A stretch of DNA of 64,000 bases, taken from the IMG/VR virus record IMGVR_UViG_3300033069_001588, positions 37,450 through 101,449 of that record, one strand, 5' to 3'. This DNA comes from a virus (taxonomy: Duplodnaviria; Caudoviricetes). Position numbers and translations under genes: made by a program. This document shows positions 19,301-29,690 of the stretch, in pieces. The notes beneath the pieces were generated by a model that was not told the DNA's origin, searched no databases, and saw nothing but the letters and a program-made list of their open reading frames with translations. Position 1 is the first letter of the stretch; each line of letters begins with the position of its first letter.

Positions 19301-22300
19301 TTATTAATATCGTGTAACCGGAACTAGAGAATCCAACTTCATCTATATAAATTGTATTACCTACAAATATGTTGTATGAACTGAAGTTTATACTGGATGT
19401 AACAACTGGGCTTCCAGCATTGGTTTGCAAATCAGTCGAAGCAATTATGTCACCATTGGTTGAACCAACTATTTCTTCCGGGTTAACTGTTCTGAACTTT
19501 TCATGTAAATATGGTCTTAGTTTCTGTCCTGATTTTATGATATTAGGAACTTCAAAACCATCTACAAACAAATGTATTTCGTCTCTACCATTTCTAGTAT
19601 TCAACTTCCAAGACGCAGCTACATGATGTAAATCACCAGCTTTCCATCCAGACACATCCGCACTTACTATGTAAGGAATCTTGTCTTTATCGAACACTCT
19701 GAAATTCAAATAACCACTGATATCCTTAAAAATGGAAATTCTGTTTCTACTTTTCTCTTCTCCGGTATCCAAAATGTAATGATCAACATCTGAAACGAAA
19801 GTAAGACCTTCGTCAATTGGTGGTCCACCTATTATACTGAAACTAATTGTACTGGTTCCAGTAGTAATTTTAAGATTTGAGGGCTTTGGAATTACCAAAC
19901 TTTTGGCATCATAGAATGCGCCGCTAGAAGTAATTTTGAAACTGTAATTTGAACTGGAAGACGCAACATATCCATCAATAATTTCTACATACCATCTCAA
20001 GAAACTACCAGAAATATCTTTGTCATAGTAGATGAAGATTCCATCTTTGTTTTTATTTGGAACACCTACTGCATCACTTAGCTTAGTAAGTGAAAAAATT
20101 CCATCATTTATTACTGGATGATTTTCCCCGGCGCCAATAAAGACAAAAGCGGGGTTAACAGCATAACCATCTTTTTGAATATTGAAAGTCAAGGAAGCAT
20201 CATTATCCAAACCATTCCAGAATGGACTGATCCAAGTTTCGAAAGTTCCTTCTTCCAATCTAATATTAGAATTGAAAGGGAAACTAACTGATTGATCTGC
20301 GGAATCTAATAGAACACCATTATCATATTTTGCTGGAAGCAATTGAAATGAACCTGTGGTACTAATAGATTCCGGATTTAGTAGGCTGCTACCCAAAGAC
20401 CAATTTTGGAAAACAGATTCTATTACTTCTGGCTCGATATGAGAAATAGTTTTGCCTATATTCTTGATGGCTGTTAAAGTGGGTCCTTGAATAAAAGAAG
20501 TTAATGCTGCTGTCAAAGCATCACGATATCTTTCACGATTGAAATCTATATCGAAATTGGCTAATTCCGGAACATTTACCAATGTTCCGAAGTTTCTCAA
20601 CAAAGCATCTCTAAGTGCCCCAACCTTGTAACTAACAAAGTAACGAGTATTGGTTGGTAGATTCTTGTTTTTTCTAAAATCAATAACATTATCACCGTAT
20701 TCGTAGCTAAGAATAATTTCATCAGCCACATAGGTGTAATCAATATAGTATTCTCCTTTATTGTAATCTACAACAATTCTTGAAAGATCATTGATTGTAA
20801 AAGTAAAGGTTACTTCAACCAAATCACCAACTATAGGAGAACCAATACCTGGTAGGATCAACTTAACAGGATTTCCAGGAACTACGATTCCAGAACCATC
20901 CCACAAAGAAACAGAATCAGACACCCTAACAATCTGAAAAGAATAACTGATATTTGATGATAAATATGGAATATTCTGATCAACCATTACATAATAATCA
21001 GATCCATCAAATTGTACATTTTCGAATGATTGACCTGTCAATGAATCTACTTGGATATTAAATCCGCTACTGGTGCTAGCAAAAGCAAAATTCAAAGGTT
21101 TTGTGCTGAAGAATAAATCTTCATATTCAAACACCGATCTAACAAACTTAACTTGATTTGTTACCCCTGTAATAAAACTAGCATCTACAAAAGTTCCAAC
21201 AGCCTTATTACTTATTTGGTAAACAGAATTTGTATCATTGTTTAACGACAATTCATCAGAGTAATCTAAAGTCTGTGGAATAATAAAACCATCCCCGAAA
21301 GAATCGTAGGAGAATTTCTTATTCTTTTGATCCAAAACGCTGATTTGATAATAGATATCATCTACACTAATCAAGTGTGGGAACTGTGGAATAATGCTAT
21401 TATTTTTGTAGGAAGCCGTGCCAATGTTAAAGTTTTGCGGATTTGCTACGGCACAGTAAATGATACCATGAGTATAATCAACAAGGTACTCCCCTAAATT
21501 AGATAGCCTATTAATGTTGGTAGCTTCATCCAATTGTCTATTGAACCACTTTTCGGAGGAGAAAATAGTTACATCAGAAAATGTCAAACTAGTGTTGAAA
21601 AAGGAGGCAATGCCATCTTCTGTTCCATCAATAATAGAATTGTTAGCCAAGAATATTTTAATGACATCAAGCGCACCAGAATTGACCATAGAAGTATTGA
21701 CATACAATAATTCATTGATAACGTTATTGAAACTAACTCTTTCTCCAACCAATTGTTCTATAGCTGGTGGAGTATTGTATCTGAAATAAACTTTATCATT
21801 ATTCCATCTGTCTAATGTATAGATTTCTCCAGATGTTTCATTGTAGATTCTGAATACATTAGTGACGGGGGCATTTTGTACTCTAATAGCATTAGCAGCA
21901 ACTAGATTGTTTGCAATTCTTTCAGTCAAAACTTCTTGATGTATGTTTGCAACATAATCTACGCCTGGAACTAAAACTTCCTCGTAATTGAAATTAACAT
22001 TTCCTTGAGCAGTTCTCAAGTTTCCATTTGGCAATGTAACTAAATCCAACAAATCAGAATCATATACATAATCCTGTTCTGGCTTGTATGTCAATAGATA
22101 ATTATATGTAGCCAATGGTGGATATGGTCCCGTACCATCGTTGGTTAAATCGGCGCCATAAACATAAACTGTACCAGTAGTATAATCAACGCTGTATTGA
22201 CCTGGACTAAATGGAAGCCCATTTAATCTAAATGGCAATTCGTACAGGAACGCCGGATGTTTCGTACTTCCGGCAGCATTTGGATCAATGAAGGAAATTC

Positions 22301-23432
22301 CTCCAGTGGTAGTAATAATATCACCATTGAAATTCGTTATAGGGGCATGTTGTAGATTGAAAATATTAATAACAGGAGGAAGAACTTCTCTGGAAGAAGA
22401 CTTGACAGTAGTAACTGTTACCGTAGTCTCATCTACTACTCTGCCTAAATCCTTAGATTCATATTCCACTTGAACATTGAAAATATTAGTTAGGGAGAAA
22501 TTAGGATCCTCTAATATCTTGTCGCTTATTCTAATTTGATTATCAGATAGTAAAGCATAATCAAAAGCAAATTCTTGATCATATCTAGAATTTTTGATTT
22601 GATATCCGTACTTGTCAATATCATAAGTGTAAGTGGGATTTATGGTCAACAAAGTGAACACAATGCTATTTACTTTTGTGACTGGCGAAGCTGATAGTGT
22701 CAAAACCAAACTATTAATGTTGAAATAGCCCACTTGATCAGTTGAGCTGGGTTTCAATTGCTCTACATTATCTTGTTTTTGTAAAGTAATTGGGAAAGCC
22801 GGGAAATTGTCAATAGGAAATACCAAGTGAGCATTTGCGGTACTAACGCCCCTGCCGACTCTAGTAATTTCATATGCACATTCTTGATTAAGTCTATCAG
22901 TTGGACCACTTCCTCTGGTTTGTGGTTCATCAGTGACGGTGAAACTTAAGTAGTTTTCATTCTTAACTTGATTGATATCATATAAGGCTCTAGATAAAGC
23001 AATTGATAAAGAATCAATATACTTAGAGATTAATCCATTGCTATCAGCTAAATCATATAGATTGTCTTGGAAATATGATTTGAAGTATTCTCTTACAATA
23101 TTATCGGAAGGGAGTGGACCCGTAATTAGATATCTGTTTTGTACGCCATCTTCAAACATTTTAGCCTCTCCATTTACGGAGGTAAATGGATTGGTTGGCG
23201 TAGAGGAGAAGACAATGAAATATGAAGCAAGTGGCGTCAAAGGCTGACAGGTGATGCTGAGAACATTTCCAGTAATTTTAAGAATCAATGGATCTGAATC
23301 TGGTACACCTGTGGTTTCGGATATGATAGCAGCGTTAGATGTGACAAGACCCATTGTCAAATTTTCTGTGAAAGTGACATCAATATTTGAGCTATCATTT
23401 ATCTGTACGTTAACTATTCTAAGATTTTGCAT
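16296..23432 (-). CDS. Giant baseplate wedge protein (gp7/gpI-like core) with LamG-like domains
   Basis: Downstream of baseplate J; RERYRDALTAALTSFIQGPT core; C-terminal LKPANSRVFIHY; EGTFETW...HHVAASW...LFVDG and EGTIEFW...WHRVKASY...LFLDG. Confidence 0.7.
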   Translation of the reverse strand: MQNLRIVNVQINDSSNIDVTFTENLTMGLVTSNAAIISETTGVPDSDPLILKITGNVLSITCQPLTPLASYFIVFSSTPTNPFTSVNGEAKMFEDGVQNRYLITGPLPSDNIVREYFKSYFQDNLYDLADSNGLISKYIDSLSIALSRALYDINQVKNENYLSFTVTDEPQTRGSGPTDRLNQECAYEITRVGRGVSTANAHLVFPIDNFPAFPITLQKQDNVEQLKPSSTDQVGYFNINSLVLTLSASPVTKVNSIVFTLLTINPTYTYDIDKYGYQIKNSRYDQEFAFDYALLSDNQIRISDKILEDPNFSLTNIFNVQVEYESKDLGRVVDETTVTVTTVKSSSREVLPPVINIFNLQHAPITNFNGDIITTTGGISFIDPNAAGSTKHPAFLYELPFRLNGLPFSPGQYSVDYTTGTVYVYGADLTNDGTGPYPPLATYNYLLTYKPEQDYVYDSDLLDLVTLPNGNLRTAQGNVNFNYEEVLVPGVDYVANIHQEVLTERIANNLVAANAIRVQNAPVTNVFRIYNETSGEIYTLDRWNNDKVYFRYNTPPAIEQLVGERVSFNNVINELLYVNTSMVNSGALDVIKIFLANNSIIDGTEDGIASFFNTSLTFSDVTIFSSEKWFNRQLDEATNINRLSNLGEYLVDYTHGIIYCAVANPQNFNIGTASYKNNSIIPQFPHLISVDDIYYQISVLDQKNKKFSYDSFGDGFIIPQTLDYSDELSLNNDTNSVYQISNKAVGTFVDASFITGVTNQVKFVRSVFEYEDLFFSTKPLNFAFASTSSGFNIQVDSLTGQSFENVQFDGSDYYVMVDQNIPYLSSNISYSFQIVRVSDSVSLWDGSGIVVPGNPVKLILPGIGSPIVGDLVEVTFTFTINDLSRIVVDYNKGEYYIDYTYVADEIILSYEYGDNVIDFRKNKNLPTNTRYFVSYKVGALRDALLRNFGTLVNVPELANFDIDFNRERYRDALTAALTSFIQGPTLTAIKNIGKTISHIEPEVIESVFQNWSLGSSLLNPESISTTGSFQLLPAKYDNGVLLDSADQSVSFPFNSNIRLEEGTFETWISPFWNGLDNDASLTFNIQKDGYAVNPAFVFIGAGENHPVINDGIFSLTKLSDAVGVPNKNKDGIFIYYDKDISGSFLRWYVEIIDGYVASSSSNYSFKITSSGAFYDAKSLVIPKPSNLKITTGTSTISFSIIGGPPIDEGLTFVSDVDHYILDTGEEKSRNRISIFKDISGYLNFRVFDKDKIPYIVSADVSGWKAGDLHHVAASWKLNTRNGRDEIHLFVDGFEVPNIIKSGQKLRPYLHEKFRTVNPEEIVGSTNGDIIASTDLQTNAGSPVVTSSINFSSYNIFVGNTIYIDEVGFSSSGYTILIIDGQNLTLSSSMPQTLTNGRFSINRTQFTVVSDIDVSPNIAVSTIHSFIVGSDINGFIGSNIVTSSSLDFGAAEVQVGYLLKIEDISVTDVYTILQVSGNALIINGELPVNITNTPYIIYNVDTEQEIPGVRALSPAYSISKDVNFNNILTISDKVTIYDLILIRTLGINHRRVKRNYYVWSSDVENILMTRLPAPISLDEVDITKVILQNTSISTSNSTESGGILTSFDLVVDQPSLSLTGRTLSATIAGTNVDFSTAVHVTIDGTTLGGPANEIITFNDYGTLDSVNQYLSVNFVNVVVQPLMLNRAACTVTVKEKYSIIHAENNDGYAPVVRFSYPIGYGYTLHQSDINSVTDDNKLFSALDINNYLVISSPSNAAGFYLITGISSDRKTLFVEPTLGGDVPVFSNGTYQILNVNAYRSGLQNGFFTFEIKDMPGVPYYLNKGFYEFEYFTYTRMSLDPINAKVFVGSDFNGQLQLHGLMDQVKIYSVMLTDTRIGESIPTNQRSITKDFNSLKALTKDSNTLMLISFDSFPFSNQADFYVSPTPTKNHFYSSLVVNENFGNSLVLLDEPIILSNDGILNTRKEGTIEFWMSPLFDTSNDPHKRFYFDAFGAVTEDVISTNSVSLKLSAPANQILSVHLKSGDPRIDYFAGGKIEIDTQNATQETSTSVGNNSVVVSHPILQVITVKIANDPTNTDYFVDGAIGTDMKTIYLGRLLPANNVPVVVTYQSTENNNQNINTQVVRLNRKLPYHKSHVTVNYVPKGLQGDRIAIFKDEVGYMNFAITASGKDYVLRAPTYWSRNTWHRVKASYRVNSGPTTDEMRLFLDGYQYNNVLFGTDLICGTSPAIMGSVIVGDGYATLGNIKFKDSINQLFIGTQFDEQFPTFTLLDNLRISNMSRPIYAPYGEAIDVNYSSNLDVVFPVTADLFTTYLLNSDIVSSINTDFAILKNRETGLFDFSVNIIDSLGIVNSSIKSKEALEKLIKILKPANSRVFIHYEK

Positions 23433-23433
23433 A

Positions 23434-26400
23434 TTATCTAGTCTCTGTGTTGATAACTACATTATTAGGAGTTAGATATTCATCTTTTTGTGCCTGAATA
23501 CTCTGAACTTGACCTTGATTACCTGTCTTATTGAAATATAAGATTCTTGCTCTTGCAATACCATTAACAGCTTGTGCTACGTTAATCAACGTTGGTGCGT
23601 CAACAATTTGACCAAGTTTGGTAGTAGTCATAGCAGAGACTAACTGGTCTCTTAGGTTCTGCAATACAGTTGTTGAGGAAGAAAGGAAACTATCTGCAAT
23701 AACAACATTCATAGTCAAATCTGTTAGTACTTGTTTTGCTTGGCGCACCAACACATCCGCATTGATAGGTCTAGTATTTTCTATACTAAAAGTGACATCA
23801 GTGATGATTTTGTTGTAATTGTATCTGACTACAATCCTCTCATTTGGTTTAGGTCCAAGATAGTTATAGAAGACCTTGTATCTAGATCCCAAGCTGGGTT
23901 GTGTAAAGGAAGCTCCAGTGAATTTAGTAGACTGTGATGCCTTAAATCCGCTAGAAATATAGACCTTATTAATTGAAGAGAATTTCTTGTTAGTATATAA
24001 CGCACCGTTTCTAGTATAAGAAAGATTTTCAGAATCACCGTCAACAGTATAATAGAAGGTAATTCTAATTTTATCTCCTAACGTAGGTAGATTATGAGTA
24101 TTGGTATTCAGTGTATTGTTGCTAGTGCTTGGTAAGACTATATCTAGATTGTGAAGTGTCGGATCAGACAACAATTCATTAGCGTATAACAAATTATTCT
24201 GAATGGTAGTATTTTTTAAATCGTATGTAGTAAGTACTTGCAATACTTCGTCATTGCTAGCACTGGCTGTAATTACTTTTTCTAATTTGGTTATTCTAGC
24301 TACTTTTATGTTGTTAGGTATTGTCGTAGCACTTGAAATACTTAAAGCTTTTCTCAAAGCTTCAGAGATATTTAGCTTCAATCCAGTATTAGTAGCTGTA
24401 AAAACAATATCTTGAGCTTTGAATAAAGTAGTACCAGTGATAGTAATAACACCAGTGTTTACTACTTGATCAACTGTAATGCCGGTAATTTTGGTAGGAG
24501 TTTTTCTCAAGTTGTTAAAATTAAACAACATGACATAAACCTTATCATTTGTACTAGTAAAATTACTGACGGGCAAAAGTAATTTATTGTTGCTAACATC
24601 AATTACTCCGCCATAGTTCCAAACTTCTTTTCCATCTATCACTTTAATAATACAGATTTGATCGGCAGTAATCTTATCTACGATATTAGTGATAGTAAGA
24701 GTGTTTAATGTCAAATCATATCCAGTAATATCATATAATCCATTATTGAATACGTTAGCTGCTCCTGTGATGCGTACCTTTTTGTTTGTTAAATCCAACA
24801 GAGTAGAAAAAGATGTAGCGCTTGTTAAAGATGCTGTGGAACCATTATCTATTAACTGACCATCAGAGACTGTAAACAAAGCAATATCTGTATTTGGTTC
24901 TATTATAGAAAAGGTGACTGATGACTGAGTGGTAAACTTATTGATTGGTACGAAAAGTTTATTGGTGCCCGGGTCCACTTTCAAAGTATCTATTCTACTG
25001 CTGATTAAACTATTGTAGTAGCTGAATGGTTGGAATTTTCTCAAATCATAAGTATAGTAGATAACTAATACCTTATCTCCGACTGCTGGAGTGTGTACAC
25101 CATTCAAAACTAATTGATAATTTCCGGTGTTACTAACTATGACGCTACCCAAATTATCAGAATTCCATAGTTCTAAATTATCAGAAAGCCTAATTACTGA
25201 AACAATCTGTGATGGAGCTAATGAGAAATCGATAACCAAAGCAGTCAAGTCTATATAGAATTGATTGCTAGTGTTTTTTTGAACAGATTGGTTCTCTCTT
25301 CTTGACAAATTAACTGGACTAAAATTATTGAATCCAATATTGGAATTCAATATGAATCCGTTACCGATCCTGCTAATAGGCAATGCAGTGGTTGCCAAAG
25401 AAAATAGGTCAGAGATATTGGCAATGTAAGTGACTTTCAAAACAATCATATTGGCGGTAGTATTTACCAAAGAACTTGGAATAGTAATTTGGGTTCCGCT
25501 AGAACTACCGTTAATATTGGTGCCATGAAACACATCAGCACTATTTAAGATAACAGTTACATTATCACCATTTTGTGCCACCGTGTCGTTTGGTAGAATG
25601 ATAGTTGTGCTGTACACAATATTGATACCAGATACTACTGTAACATTGCTAAAACTTCCATTCCCTTGAGCCGTGGCGAACAATTCAGAATTATTATTCT
25701 TGAAAGTTATACTATCAACAGATTGCGTTGGAATTGCCAAATTGTTAATAGTAACGGATAACCTGTTGACAAAAATACCAGAAGTAATCTTAGAAACCAC
25801 CCCATTTATTTCCAAAAATGTTCTAGCATTCAATACCGTGCTAATTGGATGGCTGGATACACCAGTGAAAAATCCATTGGAAAGATCTCTTGTGAAAGAA
25901 ATTTTCTCATCATTTACTATTGATGCAAATCCCCAATCAATGCTATCGGTAACTGGTCTAGCATTTTGAGTATTGTACAAACCATCATAATCAGAGTACT
26001 GGTCATAGTTAACAATCCAACTATAATCTACCTGTAACTGATCGCTTGGAGAAGGCAAAGTGTTTCCAGAAATTTGTATTCTACCACTGGTATTAAAAGT
26101 TCCAGTATTATCCAAATTTTGATTTGTTACAATATACCTTTCACCTGTATGAACATTGAATACTCTTGTGACGTTAGTTGACGGGGTATGTAATAATTGA
26201 ATAATTGATCTATCAGAGGTAACAATACTGTTTTCATTGGTGATAGAGATATTTTGTTGTACTTGTGGTATGGTTAAAACATCTGTAAAAGTAACAGCAT
26301 CCTGTCCATTTAGTTGACCCTTAATAATATCTTCGCTGAATTTAATTTGATTATTAATCCAAACAAATGTATCAAATCCCCATGGGCTGCCGCCATAAAT

Positions 26401-27522
26401 ACCAGTATCTTTTACTAAATCATAATTTCCAGATACTCTACCTAATGAATCAACAGATTTTGGTAAGAAATTAGATCCACTACTTGAACCTGTAACTTCG
26501 AGAATTCCATTAATTGGTTGTATGGGTAGAATGCCATTAGCAAGATTATCAATTCTTTTTCTATTGATGGTTTTATTAGTATCAGTCGAAATTTGCCCAA
26601 GAACAACATTATTCTTAGAACTAGTTGGATCATTGCTATTACTTTTATCTATATAAATAAAACTATCTTTATTCTCTATTAAATTAGTTCCCAAAACTAC
26701 AACATCTACTTTGCCGCCCGAGCCCTCTGAAACAATAGTTCTAGAACCATCGCTATTTATTTTAACAATGGTACCATCTCTAGTCATTAAGGGATCGCCG
26801 GGCTCGACAACATAAGCATCAGATACTCCCGTGGTACTCAAAGCTACGTTCAAATATCCTAAAGAAGTTCCTACACTAGATCCACTAAATGAAGCTAAAA
26901 CACGATTTCTAAAAGATGCATCATTTTCTTGATCAGTTCCACCAGAAAATGGATTAACGTTTGTAACATTAGACACTCCTGGAGCTGTAGATCTAGAAAG
27001 AGAATAAGTTCCAATATTACCAGCAGAGCCAGCAGAAGTAGCTCTTAAAGTAACTTGTACGGCATATTGATCAGAAATACCAGCAGTAGCCAATTGATCT
27101 GCAAACTTACTAGCTACTGATTTGTAAAAATTGGCATTAGCTGGAGCTATCGAAACACCAGCAGTAACAGAATATGAAATACCATTGTTTGCAATAACAG
27201 TATCTCCTTGATTGATATTGATTGGGGCAGAAATAGAAGCAAAAGTTAACAAAGCCGTGCCTGTAGACGGAGTTGCTTGCCTTCTAACAATACCAAAATT
27301 CTTAGATAATTTGTCTAAATCAGATCCGACTACTAATCTTATGGATTGTTTACTAGACACATCACCAATTTGATCATAAAGTAGTGAAATTTGACTGGCA
27401 GGAGCTTCAATAAACAAATCTCTAGCAACTGTACCTTGTTTGGTATCCAAATCAGGTTGTGCCAGTCTAAAAAAGTCAACTAGACTTTGTATGATTTCAT
27501 TTGCAGAACGTATCGTGACCAT
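23434..27522 (-). CDS. Baseplate J / T4 gp6-like wedge protein with large central insertion
   Basis: GTVARDLFIEAPA, LDKLSKNFGIVRRQATPSTG, AGSAGNIG, FSGGTDQENDASFRNR; C-terminal LINVAQAVNGI. Confidence 0.88.
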   Translation of the reverse strand: MVTIRSANEIIQSLVDFFRLAQPDLDTKQGTVARDLFIEAPASQISLLYDQIGDVSSKQSIRLVVGSDLDKLSKNFGIVRRQATPSTGTALLTFASISAPININQGDTVIANNGISYSVTAGVSIAPANANFYKSVASKFADQLATAGISDQYAVQVTLRATSAGSAGNIGTYSLSRSTAPGVSNVTNVNPFSGGTDQENDASFRNRVLASFSGSSVGTSLGYLNVALSTTGVSDAYVVEPGDPLMTRDGTIVKINSDGSRTIVSEGSGGKVDVVVLGTNLIENKDSFIYIDKSNSNDPTSSKNNVVLGQISTDTNKTINRKRIDNLANGILPIQPINGILEVTGSSSGSNFLPKSVDSLGRVSGNYDLVKDTGIYGGSPWGFDTFVWINNQIKFSEDIIKGQLNGQDAVTFTDVLTIPQVQQNISITNENSIVTSDRSIIQLLHTPSTNVTRVFNVHTGERYIVTNQNLDNTGTFNTSGRIQISGNTLPSPSDQLQVDYSWIVNYDQYSDYDGLYNTQNARPVTDSIDWGFASIVNDEKISFTRDLSNGFFTGVSSHPISTVLNARTFLEINGVVSKITSGIFVNRLSVTINNLAIPTQSVDSITFKNNNSELFATAQGNGSFSNVTVVSGINIVYSTTIILPNDTVAQNGDNVTVILNSADVFHGTNINGSSSGTQITIPSSLVNTTANMIVLKVTYIANISDLFSLATTALPISRIGNGFILNSNIGFNNFSPVNLSRRENQSVQKNTSNQFYIDLTALVIDFSLAPSQIVSVIRLSDNLELWNSDNLGSVIVSNTGNYQLVLNGVHTPAVGDKVLVIYYTYDLRKFQPFSYYNSLISSRIDTLKVDPGTNKLFVPINKFTTQSSVTFSIIEPNTDIALFTVSDGQLIDNGSTASLTSATSFSTLLDLTNKKVRITGAANVFNNGLYDITGYDLTLNTLTITNIVDKITADQICIIKVIDGKEVWNYGGVIDVSNNKLLLPVSNFTSTNDKVYVMLFNFNNLRKTPTKITGITVDQVVNTGVITITGTTLFKAQDIVFTATNTGLKLNISEALRKALSISSATTIPNNIKVARITKLEKVITASASNDEVLQVLTTYDLKNTTIQNNLLYANELLSDPTLHNLDIVLPSTSNNTLNTNTHNLPTLGDKIRITFYYTVDGDSENLSYTRNGALYTNKKFSSINKVYISSGFKASQSTKFTGASFTQPSLGSRYKVFYNYLGPKPNERIVVRYNYNKIITDVTFSIENTRPINADVLVRQAKQVLTDLTMNVVIADSFLSSSTTVLQNLRDQLVSAMTTTKLGQIVDAPTLINVAQAVNGIARARILYFNKTGNQGQVQSIQAQKDEYLTPNNVVINTETR

Positions 27523-27532
27523 GTTTCCTCAA

Positions 27533-27964
27533 TTATATAGTAGAAACTTTAAAAACTGTAGTAATAGGTTTTAATCCTTTAGTTGTAGCTTTAATAACTA
27601 CATCAAACAGTCTAGGATCAATTTGGTTCCTTACTATAGATATATCTGAAATAAAATTAATTTGCTCATCAGCACTAACTCTCTGAAATGATTGCGTCTG
27701 TGCATTTTGTAAATTTTTCAAATTATCTAATGCGGTATTTAATTGAGATTTGGATACTTGTACCAAAATAGAAGTATAGTTGGGATTACCTATAATGGTT
27801 CTAGATAAAAAAGAACCATACCATGGTTGATATGGATTCGCTCCAGCCGTTGTTAAACAGATTTTAAGGATATCTTGAATCAATTTTTCGCTATCTACAA
27901 CAGTCTTTAAAGCACCGCTATTGACAACTAAATTACCGTTTTTTATCTTAAGATCAAATGACAT
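27533..27964 (-). CDS. T4 gp25-like baseplate wedge / sheath initiator
   Basis: DLKIKNGNL, KLIQDILKICLT, NPYQPWYGS; directly upstream of baseplate J. Confidence 0.85.
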   Translation of the reverse strand: MSFDLKIKNGNLVVNSGALKTVVDSEKLIQDILKICLTTAGANPYQPWYGSFLSRTIIGNPNYTSILVQVSKSQLNTALDNLKNLQNAQTQSFQRVSADEQINFISDISIVRNQIDPRLFDVVIKATTKGLKPITTVFKVSTI

Positions 27965-28025
27965 CTATAATTCTCCACTTTCAATAATGCGCAATTATAG
28001 ACAAATAGTAAAATATCAAGTTTTA

Positions 28026-29690
28026 TTATAAACCATTATTTTGAGATTGATCTTGATAAATCTTATCCATCAAGTTATAATAGTCTTTCACCGAAGAAAT
28101 AAAAGATTTCATAGCTTTTTGAATTCCTGGGCTAGATTGGCTTAATTGTAAAGAAATATTCATTCTTTTAATAGCATCATCATCCAAAAAACCTAACAAA
28201 TCATTCTTAGGCATAATATAAAGAGCCCCCATAATTGCTATAATATCACATAATCCCAAACCACTAAATTCGCCCATAATTATTTCTATCGTTCTTAAGG
28301 CATCGCTAGCTTTCTGTAAATCTACATTTCTTTTATTAGTTAAATCTTGTAATGTTTGAGTACTAGTATCTCCTAATGCTGTGCTAGAATCTGGTCCAAA
28401 AGTTGTCTTAAAGCTATCAAAAGAAAATCCGCCCACATCTGGAATACCTTGCACATTAGCAGTTTGAGCATTAATAGCATTGATTGTGGCTCTGATTTTT
28501 GCTTCAATGATTGCTTGATCACGAATAGTAATGAAATCACTAGGAACATTGGTAGAAAGAAATACACCCTGTACAGAGCATCCTCCTTCAGGACCAAAAG
28601 TAGATGGAACTGGAACCCAATAATATTTAGATTGTGCAGTAAAAATGGTAATTTGTGACTCTACTAATTTAGTCACCATCGCTCTAATGATATTGATAAA
28701 CTTTACAAATTGTGTTTGTTCGGCTAACTTATATACATCCCCACTGCTAATACTGTTGATAATAGCTTCATTTTGAATAGCAGGAATACTTTTAATATAA
28801 TCAATAACGGATTTATCAGCTGTTCCTATAGAATCGCCCTGATTAGCAACAGTAAACCTATCTCTAATAACTTGTTCAATAATTGGTCTATTAACAAATA
28901 CACCATCTTTGACCATCAAATGATTTTTAGTGGGTACAAATGGAACAGCTACAAGCTTAGACGCATCATTGACAGTAAAATCAATAACAGGATCTACTAT
29001 GAATGGCTTGATAATATGATTTCTTTGTGATTGTAATTTAGTAGGTGTGTTTCCTGAAACATCTACATATTCAATTAATTTTTTATCGTTGATACCTACC
29101 AAACTACTAAAATCAATTTTATATTGTTGGTTTTTTGGATCCATATCCAAAGCATCAGTACTATTAATTATAGGGGCAGCAAATTGTCTAATTTTGAATC
29201 CAGAAGACAAAGCCAAAGTAGCAGCATCAATAGAATTGGGAATATTGAAAATACTAGCTATACCTGTTACATAGCTTTCTCTTTGTAGAGACAAATTTCT
29301 AAACTTTGTTATTGGGCTAGCAGCAATACTTAATTTGGCTGTACTAACTGCTGCGCCAATAGTTCTAGATGAATCATAAACTATATCATGTCCCGGATTA
29401 TAGATCTTATTAGCACTAGAAACTACCGGAAATCCAATAATTCTAAAAAATGCATGACATCTACTTTCTTGCGGAGTTGAGTTAATAGTTGTTTGTTGTT
29501 TTAATCTAGCTAATGTGGGATCTCCAGCCCGAAATGCTGTGGTAGCCGCTTGATCAGATACTGCCGCACAATTGGTATAGCTCCTAACTTTATCTATGGC
29601 AGAGATAAAGTCGCTATAGACTTTATTGATATCAATATTGAAGTTCTGCGCATCTTGATAATTAGCTTGATTAGGAATTTGATCAGCCAT
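28026..29690 (-). CDS. Putative virion structural protein
   Basis: 554 aa inside the baseplate cluster; no recognised motif. Confidence 0.5.
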   Translation of the reverse strand: MADQIPNQANYQDAQNFNIDINKVYSDFISAIDKVRSYTNCAAVSDQAATTAFRAGDPTLARLKQQTTINSTPQESRCHAFFRIIGFPVVSSANKIYNPGHDIVYDSSRTIGAAVSTAKLSIAASPITKFRNLSLQRESYVTGIASIFNIPNSIDAATLALSSGFKIRQFAAPIINSTDALDMDPKNQQYKIDFSSLVGINDKKLIEYVDVSGNTPTKLQSQRNHIIKPFIVDPVIDFTVNDASKLVAVPFVPTKNHLMVKDGVFVNRPIIEQVIRDRFTVANQGDSIGTADKSVIDYIKSIPAIQNEAIINSISSGDVYKLAEQTQFVKFINIIRAMVTKLVESQITIFTAQSKYYWVPVPSTFGPEGGCSVQGVFLSTNVPSDFITIRDQAIIEAKIRATINAINAQTANVQGIPDVGGFSFDSFKTTFGPDSSTALGDTSTQTLQDLTNKRNVDLQKASDALRTIEIIMGEFSGLGLCDIIAIMGALYIMPKNDLLGFLDDDAIKRMNISLQLSQSSPGIQKAMKSFISSVKDYYNLMDKIYQDQSQNNGL

